A DNA stretch of 64,000 bases. Origin: a virus. Location: IMG/VR virus record IMGVR_UViG_3300027518_000004, one strand, 5' to 3'. The position numbers and the translations under genes were made by a program. The notes beneath the pieces were generated by a model, which did no database searches, was not told where the DNA came from, and saw only the letters and a program-made list of their open reading frames with translations. Each line of letters begins with the position of its first letter. Within the stretch, counting starts at the first letter, position 1. Of this stretch, positions 56,486-64,000 are shown piece by piece.

Positions 56486-57632
56486 GGTAAAAGGTATGAC
56501 TGTTTTTAATTCAGATTCATCTATAGACTCAACAAGGTCACCCATGTTTTTTGGGCCGCCTTTGGGCCTTCAAAGATATGATGTCAATAAATATCCTGTA
56601 TTTTATAAATTGACCCAGGAACAATTAGGAGCATTTTGGAGACCAGAAGAATTTCCTCTTCAAAAAGACCGAGCGGATTACCAAAAACTCCGACCTGAGC
56701 AAAAGCATATTTTTACTTCTAATTTAAAATATCAAATTATGCTTGACTCCGTTCAGGGTAGAGGACCAGGCCTAGTTTTTATTCCTTATTGCTCTCTTCC
56801 AGAGCTTGAATCGGCTATGATTTGTTGGGAATTTATGGAAATGGTTCATAGCTATTCTTATACTTACATTATTAAAAACGTTTATTCTAATCCGTCTGAA
56901 GTATTCAACTCTATTATTATAGATGAAAATATTCTAGAAAGAGCAAAAAGTGTAACCGAATCTTATGATGATTTTATACAGAATGCCCAGCAGTATTCTT
57001 CGTCTAATCTTTGGAAATTTAATAATGAGGGTGTTGATTTGGGTAAGGGTGAACTCTATGAACTAAAAAGAAAACTTTATAGGGCGGTAATGAATGTTAA
57101 TATTCTAGAGGGTATTCGTTTTTATGTTTCTTTTGCGTGTTCTTTTGCCTTTGGTGAGCTTCAATTGATGGAAGGGTCCGCCAAAATTATTAAAAAAATT
57201 GCGGCTGATGAGCACCTTCATTTATTCCTTACTCAAAATATTTTAGCAAAGTGGAAGAAAGGTGATGACCCCGACATGAAGAAAATTTCAGAAGAAGAGA
57301 CTGAATGGACTTATAAAATGTTTGAGAAAACGGTGAATGAGGAAAAACGGTGGGGTAATTATCTATTTAAAAATGGTAGTATAATTGGTCTAAACGATAA
57401 ACTCCTTTCGGATTATATTGAGTGGATTTGTAATAGGCGCATGAAGGCTATTGGTCTTAAACCGCTTTATTCTATTGCTAGTAATGCGGATCCTCTTCCT
57501 TGGGTTTCTGAAAAATGGCTGAATACTAAATCCGAACAAGTTCCACCTCAAGAGGAAAATTTAGTTTCTTATATCGTTGGTGGTCTTAATCAAGATATGG
57601 ATCCAAACGCTTTTAGTAATTTCAAACTCTAA
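56469..57632 (+). CDS. nrdB: Class Ia ribonucleotide reductase beta subunit
   Basis: FWRPEE, LDSVQGRG, EMVHSYSY, EGIRFY, DEHLH motifs; GAGGAGG RBS before the ATG at 56469. Confidence 0.96.
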   Translation: MDAQSKVKGMTVFNSDSSIDSTRSPMFFGPPLGLQRYDVNKYPVFYKLTQEQLGAFWRPEEFPLQKDRADYQKLRPEQKHIFTSNLKYQIMLDSVQGRGPGLVFIPYCSLPELESAMICWEFMEMVHSYSYTYIIKNVYSNPSEVFNSIIIDENILERAKSVTESYDDFIQNAQQYSSSNLWKFNNEGVDLGKGELYELKRKLYRAVMNVNILEGIRFYVSFACSFAFGELQLMEGSAKIIKKIAADEHLHLFLTQNILAKWKKGDDPDMKKISEEETEWTYKMFEKTVNEEKRWGNYLFKNGSIIGLNDKLLSDYIEWICNRRMKAIGLKPLYSIASNADPLPWVSEKWLNTKSEQVPPQEENLVSYIVGGLNQDMDPNAFSNFKL

Positions 57633-57638
57633 ACTCCC

Positions 57639-57658
57639 AGCCCCTTTAAGGGGCTTTT
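57639..57658 (+). terminator. Rho-independent terminator after nrdB
   Basis: AGCCCCT-TTA-AGGGGCT-TTT. Confidence 0.8.
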
Positions 57659-57661
57659 CTA

Positions 57662-57668
57662 CTAAATA
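57662..57668 (+). promoter_or_regulatory. Late promoter CTAAATA
   Basis: Directly after the terminator, before the ATG at 57696. Confidence 0.65.
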
Positions 57669-57695
57669 ATAAAAGAACTTAACCATTCGACAAAT

Positions 57696-59189
57696 ATGTA
57701 TAAATACACCCTGACTGAAGCCTATTCTGAAATTTATGACCATCGCAAAATCGAAGAGTCTTTTGATAATCTTCGATTTGTCGATCACATGCTTCCCGAG
57801 CACATTGAAGAAGTAATCGAAGAACTCGTCTGGGAATTCCGCGATTATGGCCATACTCTAGAAGAATCTTTTGAGATGATCGATTATGCCTTAGAGGATG
57901 AAGTAATCTGTGAGTCTTATGATCAACTTATTGCCGATGTTCTTTATGAGGCAACTATTACTTATGGTAAAGGCGATATTGCCGGTAATCAACGAAGAAT
58001 GGCCGCTAGTATTGCTGCAAAGAAACAGGCTGCGGAAGCAGAACAACAAGCCAAACAAAGAAGAGATGCACGTAGAGAGAGAATTCGCAGCACCGCTAGA
58101 ACTGTTAGAAATAAACTTACTGGCCCTATTTCTTCAGTCAAGCAGGCTGTAGCAGGATCGGCTGGCGGTCTAGCAAAATCCGCAAAGGCTCTTGGTGGTA
58201 AAGTTGTTGAAAGAGGTCAGGCTCTTCTCAAAGGTCTTCTCCGTAGAGGCGGAAAATCCCTGGCCAAGACAGGTAAAAGAATGATGGCTAGTGGCACAAA
58301 AGCCGCTGCGGCTCCCGCAACTACTAGAACTGCTAGAGTTGCTGGTAGGCAAGTTACGGTTACCACAGAGCCGACAGCAGAAACCGGTAGCAAAAGAAGG
58401 GCAGTAGGTAAGGCTATTCGTAATGTCGGTAGATCTTTAAAAAGAATGGGTAAAATTAAAAAGGCACCAACTGTTACTACTTCTAACTCAGAACCAACAC
58501 CTGAACCTACTCCTGCAACACCTGAGCCTAATGCATTAAAGATACGATATAAAATAACTCCTAGGTTAAAGCCTAGAAAGGGTTCTCTTAAGACCTCATC
58601 TGGTGATGTTATTGATATTGATGGTCGAAAAGGAGCAAAGATAAACCCTCAAATACAAGGTTCTGATCCAAGAGTTCCTAGTGGACCTTCAAGATTCAAA
58701 TCTCCTAGACGAGCTGGTATAATGTCTCGTCCAGAAACCGCAACTCGTCGGGCAATTGTTCAGCGTAAACCAGACGTTGCCACCAAAGGTACTACTGGTT
58801 CCGATGTAAAAACTCCGGCTTCAAGGAAGGCTCTACCAGCTTCTACTTCGGGTCAACCTGCTGTACAAAGACAACAAATTTCAGCCAGGAAGGCAGCAGC
58901 AGCGAAAAGACTAGCAGATGCTGCTAAGGGTAGAAAATCAAGAGGTGTAAGATTTGCGGCTCCTGGAGCAGTTCTTTCCTCACAAAGGGCAGGAACTGGT
59001 GTTCGTGAACGTGCCGCCAAGTTTGCGAGTCAACTAGAAGAGTCTGATTATTATAATTTAATTGATTTTATCCTTGAAGATATTATGAATATTGGTTATG
59101 CCCAAGATGAATTCGAGGCCCTGGATATCCTTGAATCCTTAACCGAAGATAGCGTAGTTGACATCGCTCTTGAATACTTAAACGACTAA
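57696..59189 (+). CDS. Acidic-module / basic-segment family protein (497 aa)
   Basis: Acidic N-terminus (LTEAYSEIY...VLYE|ATI), about 370-aa R/K/A/G/T-rich middle, acidic C-terminal module (ILEDIMNIGYAQDEFEALDILESL). Confidence 0.8.
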   Translation: MYKYTLTEAYSEIYDHRKIEESFDNLRFVDHMLPEHIEEVIEELVWEFRDYGHTLEESFEMIDYALEDEVICESYDQLIADVLYEATITYGKGDIAGNQRRMAASIAAKKQAAEAEQQAKQRRDARRERIRSTARTVRNKLTGPISSVKQAVAGSAGGLAKSAKALGGKVVERGQALLKGLLRRGGKSLAKTGKRMMASGTKAAAAPATTRTARVAGRQVTVTTEPTAETGSKRRAVGKAIRNVGRSLKRMGKIKKAPTVTTSNSEPTPEPTPATPEPNALKIRYKITPRLKPRKGSLKTSSGDVIDIDGRKGAKINPQIQGSDPRVPSGPSRFKSPRRAGIMSRPETATRRAIVQRKPDVATKGTTGSDVKTPASRKALPASTSGQPAVQRQQISARKAAAAKRLADAAKGRKSRGVRFAAPGAVLSSQRAGTGVRERAAKFASQLEESDYYNLIDFILEDIMNIGYAQDEFEALDILESLTEDSVVDIALEYLND

Positions 59190-59341
59190 TGATCCACATA
59201 ACTGACATTTATACTTTAAAAGCTAAACTGAATAACCTAAAAACTAGGCTCTATAATGAGCCTAGATCTCAACAAGAAAAGAATCTCGCTAATAAGTATC
59301 TTAATGAGGTTCTTTTTCTTGTGGATCAGCTGACTCTATAA
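59189..59341 (+). CDS. Small hypothetical protein (50 aa), not in the ORF track
   Basis: MIHITDIYTLKAKLNNLKTRLYNEPRSQQEKNLANKYLNEVLFLVDQLTL; TAATG overlap with the previous gene. Confidence 0.7.
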   Translation: MIHITDIYTLKAKLNNLKTRLYNEPRSQQEKNLANKYLNEVLFLVDQLTL

Positions 59342-59738
59342 CTAAACCGTAAATCCTCTCTACCTCACTAGTATAAAATTTTCCTTCAATATTAGTATTA
59401 TAATAACTTTCATCCATTAAAACATTTCTTTTAAATTGCTCGCATGTCTCATAATAAGACATGCTTTTTTTGTGTGGACATAAATACAAGATTTCTCTTT
59501 TAAATTTATCTTCCCCTAGATTTTTAACATCTTCTTTTAATTGATCGCAACTTCCAAAATATTTTCTCCAATCACTTTCTTTTGTTTGGCGTCTTCCAGT
59601 TTTTGGATTCTTTCTCCTTTCCCAAAAATGTTTCTTGCCGATATATTTCATCCCATTTTCAAGATTTGTTATTAAATAAACAAATCCTTCATATTTCTTA
59701 TCAACCTCATTAAATTCTTGACCGTTAAAAAACCACAA
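59301..59738 (-). CDS. GIY-YIG family endonuclease (conserved T4-like type)
   Basis: GFVYLITN...KYIGKK...ESDWRKYFGS...YYNTNI. Confidence 0.85.
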   Translation of the reverse strand: MWFFNGQEFNEVDKKYEGFVYLITNLENGMKYIGKKHFWERRKNPKTGRRQTKESDWRKYFGSCDQLKEDVKNLGEDKFKREILYLCPHKKSMSYYETCEQFKRNVLMDESYYNTNIEGKFYTSEVERIYGLVIESADPQEKEPH

Positions 59739-59744
59739 GGGAAA

Positions 59745-59751
59745 CTAAATA
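59745..59751 (+). promoter_or_regulatory. Late promoter CTAAATA (lysis genes)
   Basis: 18 nt before the ATG at 59770. Confidence 0.65.
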
Positions 59752-59764
59752 CTTATGTAACAGT

Positions 59765-59771
59765 TATTTAT
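59765..59771 (-). promoter_or_regulatory. Late promoter ATAAATA (minus strand, GIY-YIG gene)
   Basis: Reverse complement of TATTTAT; overlaps the lysin start codon. Confidence 0.5.
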
Positions 59772-60492
59772 GGCCATGAAAATAGAACTTCAGAATTTCT
59801 TTAGATATTATAACCATAATTTACCAAAGCACCGGGCCGCCGTTGATGATTTGGTAAGGGTTTTAGAGCAAAAGGCCCCTGAACTTCTTGAAGATAATGC
59901 AAATTGGGTAAGAATTTATAGGAAACCAGAAGAGACACCTAAACCATCTGGTATTTTATTAGATGTCCCTTGGTTCCCGCAAACGGATAATTATGCCTTG
60001 CCCGATTCCACATGCAATTCTTCTGCATGTGCAATGTGCCTAGAGTTTCTAAAACCTGGATCTCTTCCACCTGGACCTAAAGGAGATGATGCTTATCTAA
60101 GAAAAGTATTGGCCATTGGTAAATCTGTTGATCATGGTGTTCAGACCAGAGTTTTGAGAAGTTATGGGGTTGAGTCGGTTTTTAGATATGACATGACATT
60201 TGCTGATCTTGATAAAGAACTAGAGGCCGGAAGACCTGTTGTGATTGGGTTTTTACACAGAGGTCCTGAAAGTGCTCCGACTGGTGGGGGTCATATGATT
60301 GTGGTCCGGGGTAAAACTGATAAGGGAGACTACCTGGCGAATGATCCTTACGGGGACCTTGCGGATGGGTACACTGGAGCCGTATCTAAAGGGAGAGGTG
60401 TTGTTTATTCGAGAAGAACACTAGAAAAAAGGTGGACTGTAAAACATCCGGTTGATGGGTGGGGCAGGATTTTTGATCCTGTAAAAAAGTAG
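59770..60492 (+). CDS. C39-like cysteine peptidase (putative endolysin endopeptidase) with an N-terminal helical domain
   Basis: QTDNY...TCNSSACAM (Gln/Cys), GGHMIVVRG (His), NDPYG (Asp) papain-like signature. Confidence 0.85.
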   Translation: MAMKIELQNFFRYYNHNLPKHRAAVDDLVRVLEQKAPELLEDNANWVRIYRKPEETPKPSGILLDVPWFPQTDNYALPDSTCNSSACAMCLEFLKPGSLPPGPKGDDAYLRKVLAIGKSVDHGVQTRVLRSYGVESVFRYDMTFADLDKELEAGRPVVIGFLHRGPESAPTGGGHMIVVRGKTDKGDYLANDPYGDLADGYTGAVSKGRGVVYSRRTLEKRWTVKHPVDGWGRIFDPVKK

Positions 60493-60520
60493 TAGAGGTA
60501 TCAGATAATACTGGTGCCTT
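60483..60520 (+). promoter_or_regulatory. -1 programmed ribosomal frameshift cassette (A_AAA_AAG, TAG, hairpin)
   Basis: GTA AAA AAG TAG in phase; 10-bp stem GAGGTATCAG/CTGGTGCCTT 5 nt downstream; the -1 frame is the GH19 frame. Confidence 0.8.
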
Positions 60521-61043
60521 GATTACAAAAAACCAACTCTCTCGCGTCTGGGATGTTTCTGAAATTAGTATTAGTGATAGGGTTATTAATGATTTAAACA
60601 GGTGTTTAAATCAATTTAATATTAATAAGCCTAATAGAATACGTCACTTTATTTCCCAGATCTCTCATGAATCTGGTGGAGGAAAATGGTTGAAAGAACT
60701 TGCTTCTGGTGATGCTTATGAATGGAGGACTGATCTAGGAAATACCCAACCAGGCGATGGTAGAAAATTCAAAGGCGCGGGATTCATCCAGATGACAGGT
60801 CGATACAATTACCAAAAGTTTGCGGATTTTATTAAGGACCCAAAAGTAATGGAAGGTGTTGATTATGTTTCCCTGAATTATCCTGCAACTAGTTCTGGTT
60901 TTTGGTGGCACACTAATAAAATGAATGAATTATGTGACACTAATCCAACCGTTGAGCAAGTAACCAGAAGAGTCAATGGTGGCACTAGGGGTCTTGCTGA
61001 TAGACAAATGTATTACAATAGATGTCTTGAGGTGTTCCGATGA
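60519..61043 (+). CDS. Glycoside hydrolase family 19 (chitinase-like phage endolysin); probably also or mainly the C-terminal half of a frameshift fusion
   Basis: [45 protein letters not shown] motifs; frame open from 60477. Confidence 0.92.
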   Translation: MITKNQLSRVWDVSEISISDRVINDLNRCLNQFNINKPNRIRHFISQISHESGGGKWLKELASGDAYEWRTDLGNTQPGDGRKFKGAGFIQMTGRYNYQKFADFIKDPKVMEGVDYVSLNYPATSSGFWWHTNKMNELCDTNPTVEQVTRRVNGGTRGLADRQMYYNRCLEVFR

Positions 61044-61603
61044 AAGTCCCAGTAGAAATAGTTAATTATGCAATTTTTAAGGGGACTGATTTTGAAGAAG
61101 ATTTTCAACTTACCAACCAAAATGGAAATGTTATTAACTTGACTGGTTCTAGTATCCTGGCAAAAATTCAAAAGTATCCTGGATCTAAATTATTTAACAC
61201 ATTTAGTGTTGCTTATATTAATAGACCACAAGGAATCATAAAACTTCTGATGAGCAAAAATTCTACCTTGTTTTTAGAGGCCGGAAGAAATTACTTTGAT
61301 ATGTTTGTTGTTTACCCCAATAATAAAATAGAAATAGTGGCCCGTGGAACTATTCTTGTTCATGAAACAACAACTGCTATTACAAATGATGGTGGAAGAA
61401 TTGGAGATTTAGGAAGAGTGGATACTTCTGATATTCAAGATGGTGAAGTATTGATGTTTAATCAAGAAGATCAAAAACTTGAATTTGTAAATCCAGACGA
61501 GGTTCTGGAAAAAGCCGCCGAAGACGGCCTACCAGAAGAATTTGTTGATAGTGTCAATGATGACATAAGTAACAAATTTAATATTGATCTAGGAGAATAT
61601 TAA
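61040..61603 (+). CDS. Baseplate/fibre-associated protein (BppU-N-like beta domain plus fibre-repeat tail)
   Basis: [10 protein letters not shown]...[12 protein letters not shown]...GRNYFDM; [21 protein letters not shown]; ends IDLGEY. Confidence 0.65.
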   Translation: MKVPVEIVNYAIFKGTDFEEDFQLTNQNGNVINLTGSSILAKIQKYPGSKLFNTFSVAYINRPQGIIKLLMSKNSTLFLEAGRNYFDMFVVYPNNKIEIVARGTILVHETTTAITNDGGRIGDLGRVDTSDIQDGEVLMFNQEDQKLEFVNPDEVLEKAAEDGLPEEFVDSVNDDISNKFNIDLGEY

Positions 61604-61908
61604 TGAGACCATTTAAAATCAGAACAATATCGGATGAAATAAAAAAAGTCAAAATATCTGGTCGTTCTGATATAACTCCTGAAGTCGAAGTAAGGTCTGA
61701 AAGGTATATTGATTTTACTGATTTTCAAGAAGACTATGTAATGACATATGATGCTGATTTAAATAGATATCATTTTGTAAATTCAGATGAAATATTAAAA
61801 GATACATATAAACAAGAAAATCCCCCAGAAACATTCTCTCAAGAAATTTATGATGAATTATTTGATGAATTTGTTGATGAATTTGATATTGATATGGGAG
61901 AGTATTGA
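61603..61908 (+). CDS. Small fibre-associated protein, paralogous tail to the previous gene
   Basis: YVMTYDADLNRYHFVN.DEIL matches [20 protein letters not shown]; ends IDMGEY. Confidence 0.65.
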   Translation: MRPFKIRTISDEIKKVKISGRSDITPEVEVRSERYIDFTDFQEDYVMTYDADLNRYHFVNSDEILKDTYKQENPPETFSQEIYDELFDEFVDEFDIDMGEY

Positions 61909-61913
61909 AATTA

Positions 61914-61921
61914 TATAAATA
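61914..61921 (+). promoter_or_regulatory. Late promoter TATAAATA
   Basis: Perfect consensus before the fibre-like gene. Confidence 0.75.
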
Positions 61922-61966
61922 ACTAATAACCAGTATATACTGGGGTTTACGGTACATACCAAATAA

Positions 61967-64000
61967 ATGAACACACTTCCCTCTGTAAAGTACCCCAGGT
62001 CTCTTGTTCCTGGAAAAGTTCCTACTCCAGATCAACTTCCTTTTGGTTGGATAGCGATTAATCATTTTGATGGTGATCTTTTTGTCAAAAGATCTAGAAC
62101 TGGAATTGGAACGGATGTTGTAAAAGTTGGATCTGGTGCTACCACAACAAATTTAATTTGGGTAACCAAAGATGGTAAGGATACCAACAGCGGTAAAAAA
62201 CAAGGAGACGCAAAGGCAACCATAAAAGCCGCAGTTGTCGATGCAAAAGAAGGCACTGTTATTCGGGTTACTGCCGGGGTTTATGAAGAAGATAATCCAA
62301 TTAAACTGCCTCCACAAGTCAGCATAGTTGGAGATAGTCTTAGAGAAGTAACCGTTACACCTTTAAATGATGATGATCTTTTTTATGTTGGTAACGGTAA
62401 TTATATAACTGGTTTATCATATATAAAAGCCGGAAATACTCATCCACTTGCCATTGTGGCATTTGATCCGTCTGATAAGCAATATATTAACCAGTCTACT
62501 TATGTTCAGAATTGTACCAACTTCATCCCTAATAGTATAGGAATGAAGATCGATGGAAATCATGCTTTAGGACCATTAAAGTCAATGGTTCTAGACAGTT
62601 TTACGCAATATAATCCAAATGGAATCGGTATTTCAATTACAAATGAGGGATATGCTCAGTTAGTATCTCTTTTCACTATTTGTTCTGATACTTCGGTTTA
62701 TTGTGGAACTGGTGGGGCATGTGATTTAACCAATAGTAACTCTTCTTTTGGTAATAAGGCCCTGGTCGCAGACATGGTTGGCCCTCTGAAATATACTGGA
62801 TCTCTTGCAACTAAGATTGAACCTAGTAATTTTATTGTTGAAATTGACGTAAATACTCCTGTCTTTTCTGTTGTAAAGGCAGACTACAATAATCAGACCG
62901 GCGTTACTCAAATTTATACGGACAAGCCACACGGGTTTAAACGTGGAATGAGTGTTGAGCTTCAAGATCTGGCCTTTACTTGTGAAGATCCGGATACATT
63001 CTTGGCGCCTGGGAGATTCGTTGATGCCGGAAATTTAATTATAAAAAATAAGCAAGAAATTGTAGACAAGTCCTTGGCCGCCATAGCCCTCGACTACCCA
63101 GATTTTTATTTTCCGAATGACCCCCAGACTAATGAGTTTTCTCGGTATAAAGATTCTTATCGTTTAATTCAAAAAAATAAACAAGAAATTGTAGATTCTT
63201 CATGGGCAAGTATAACGTCCCAGTACCCTACTCTTTCTACAACTGAAACTAAGTGTAAAAGAGATCTAGGATATTTTATTGATGCTATTTCAACTGATAT
63301 TTTTATTGGTGCTAATAAGTATTCTAGGGACTTTACCAGACATTATTTTGATACAAGTGGTAATCCTATTAGTAATGGAATTAACGATGTTGAAGAAATT
63401 AATGGAGCCCTAGTAGGATTTTCTACTGCCAGAGAGTTGATGAAAGCGGCCATAACGAATCAACTCGGGTTTAAAGATTTGACTATTACGGCAGACCCGA
63501 CTCCACTTTCAGGAATATCTAGTAATACCAATCCGGCCTCTTGTTCAAATGTTCAGACTACCATTAATAATCTAGTCGGAATAGTTACAACTGTAATAGG
63601 AACCAGTAATATTGGATTTTTAAATACTTTTTCTGAAGTATCTGGGACCTTTATTCCTGTTGGAGAAAATAAGTGTCGTAGGGATATTGGTTTTATCGTT
63701 GATGCTATTGCTAACGATCTAAAATTTAATACTAATTTTAACATAATTAATGCGGCCAATTATTATTTTGATGATTCGGACAATCCTATTTCTAATGGTC
63801 TTGTTGGAGAAGAGATCGAGTCTATTGCGGCGTTCCAGGCCGTAAGAGAATATGCAAAACTTGCAATAAATAACCAACTTAATATAAAAGACTTTACTAT
63901 TATTGCTGATCCAGCAACTAGCTCAAATAATAATGTTAATTCTTGTGCCAATGTAAAAACGACTATTGATAATTTGGTCGGAATACTTACAACTTCAATT
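61967..64000 (+). CDS. Large fibre / virion structural protein with a beta-helix-like region and internal repeats, 3'-partial (missing from the ORF track because it has no stop)
   Basis: Hand translation: MNTLPSVKYPRSLVPGKVP...GVYEEDNPIKLPPQVSIVGDSLREV...; repeated KNKQEIVD, KCxRDxGxxxDAI and SCxNVxTTIxNLVGIxTT motifs; the last codons are in frame (TIDNLVGILTTSI). Confidence 0.85.
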   Translation, partial: MNTLPSVKYPRSLVPGKVPTPDQLPFGWIAINHFDGDLFVKRSRTGIGTDVVKVGSGATTTNLIWVTKDGKDTNSGKKQGDAKATIKAAVVDAKEGTVIRVTAGVYEEDNPIKLPPQVSIVGDSLREVTVTPLNDDDLFYVGNGNYITGLSYIKAGNTHPLAIVAFDPSDKQYINQSTYVQNCTNFIPNSIGMKIDGNHALGPLKSMVLDSFTQYNPNGIGISITNEGYAQLVSLFTICSDTSVYCGTGGACDLTNSNSSFGNKALVADMVGPLKYTGSLATKIEPSNFIVEIDVNTPVFSVVKADYNNQTGVTQIYTDKPHGFKRGMSVELQDLAFTCEDPDTFLAPGRFVDAGNLIIKNKQEIVDKSLAAIALDYPDFYFPNDPQTNEFSRYKDSYRLIQKNKQEIVDSSWASITSQYPTLSTTETKCKRDLGYFIDAISTDIFIGANKYSRDFTRHYFDTSGNPISNGINDVEEINGALVGFSTARELMKAAITNQLGFKDLTITADPTPLSGISSNTNPASCSNVQTTINNLVGIVTTVIGTSNIGFLNTFSEVSGTFIPVGENKCRRDIGFIVDAIANDLKFNTNFNIINAANYYFDDSDNPISNGLVGEEIESIAAFQAVREYAKLAINNQLNIKDFTIIADPATSSNNNVNSCANVKTTIDNLVGILTTSI

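Noticed and set aside
58490-58530. EPTPEPTPATPEP repeat
   Set aside because: Short degenerate Pro-rich linker with no further structure.
63043-63195. Short DNA repeat AAAAAATAARCAAGAAATTGTAGA in the fibre gene as a recombination or variable-region signal
   Set aside because: Explained by protein-level internal repeats (KNKQEIVD) of the structural protein.
1-64000. CRISPR array, tRNA or rRNA genes, reverse transcriptase / diversity-generating retroelement
   Set aside because: No regularly spaced repeats, cloverleaf with T-loop consensus, or RT motifs were seen by eye; a tRNAscan-SE or Infernal run would be needed to exclude divergent RNAs.

Overview
AT-rich 64 kb segment of a T4-like myophage, most similar in gene content and order to T4-like cyanophages. 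This assignment comes from motif recognition only; no database searches were run. Order: 5'-partial DUF4815-type virion protein; gp13-gp14-gp15-gp16; an 806-aa modular protein with an intein; gp17 with a class 3 mini-intein; gp18-gp19-gp20; head genes gp21-gp22-gp23; a GIY-YIG homing endonuclease; gp3-uvsY-uvsW; a structured intergenic region that looks like an origin; gp55, gp47, gp46, gp45, gp44, gp62, regA, hsp20; a gp43 DNA polymerase split in two by an HNH gene; uvsX, HNH, 2OG-Fe(II) oxygenase, gp41, mazG, an HIGH-motif nucleotidyltransferase, gp61, nrdA, nrdB; a lysis module; and a 3'-partial fibre-like protein. Late promoters have the form (A/C)TAAATA and early or middle promoters are sigma70-like. 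The strongest unexplained signals are these. (1) A complete -1 ribosomal frameshift cassette (A_AAA_AAG, stop, hairpin) that would fuse a C39-like peptidase to a GH19 lysozyme. (2) A gp43 in two pieces with new helical tags at the break and no intron. (3) An intein in a non-replication DUF5872-like module. (4) A dispersed family of late genes built from conserved acidic modules and variable basic segments bounded by gp21-type Glu sites. Related to this are a nucleotidyltransferase with a T4-like capsid-targeting sequence and a small protein that mimics the gp23 N-arm. (5) A promoter, AT-rich tract and four GNA-triloop hairpins next to uvsW. No tRNA, rRNA or CRISPR array was recognised.
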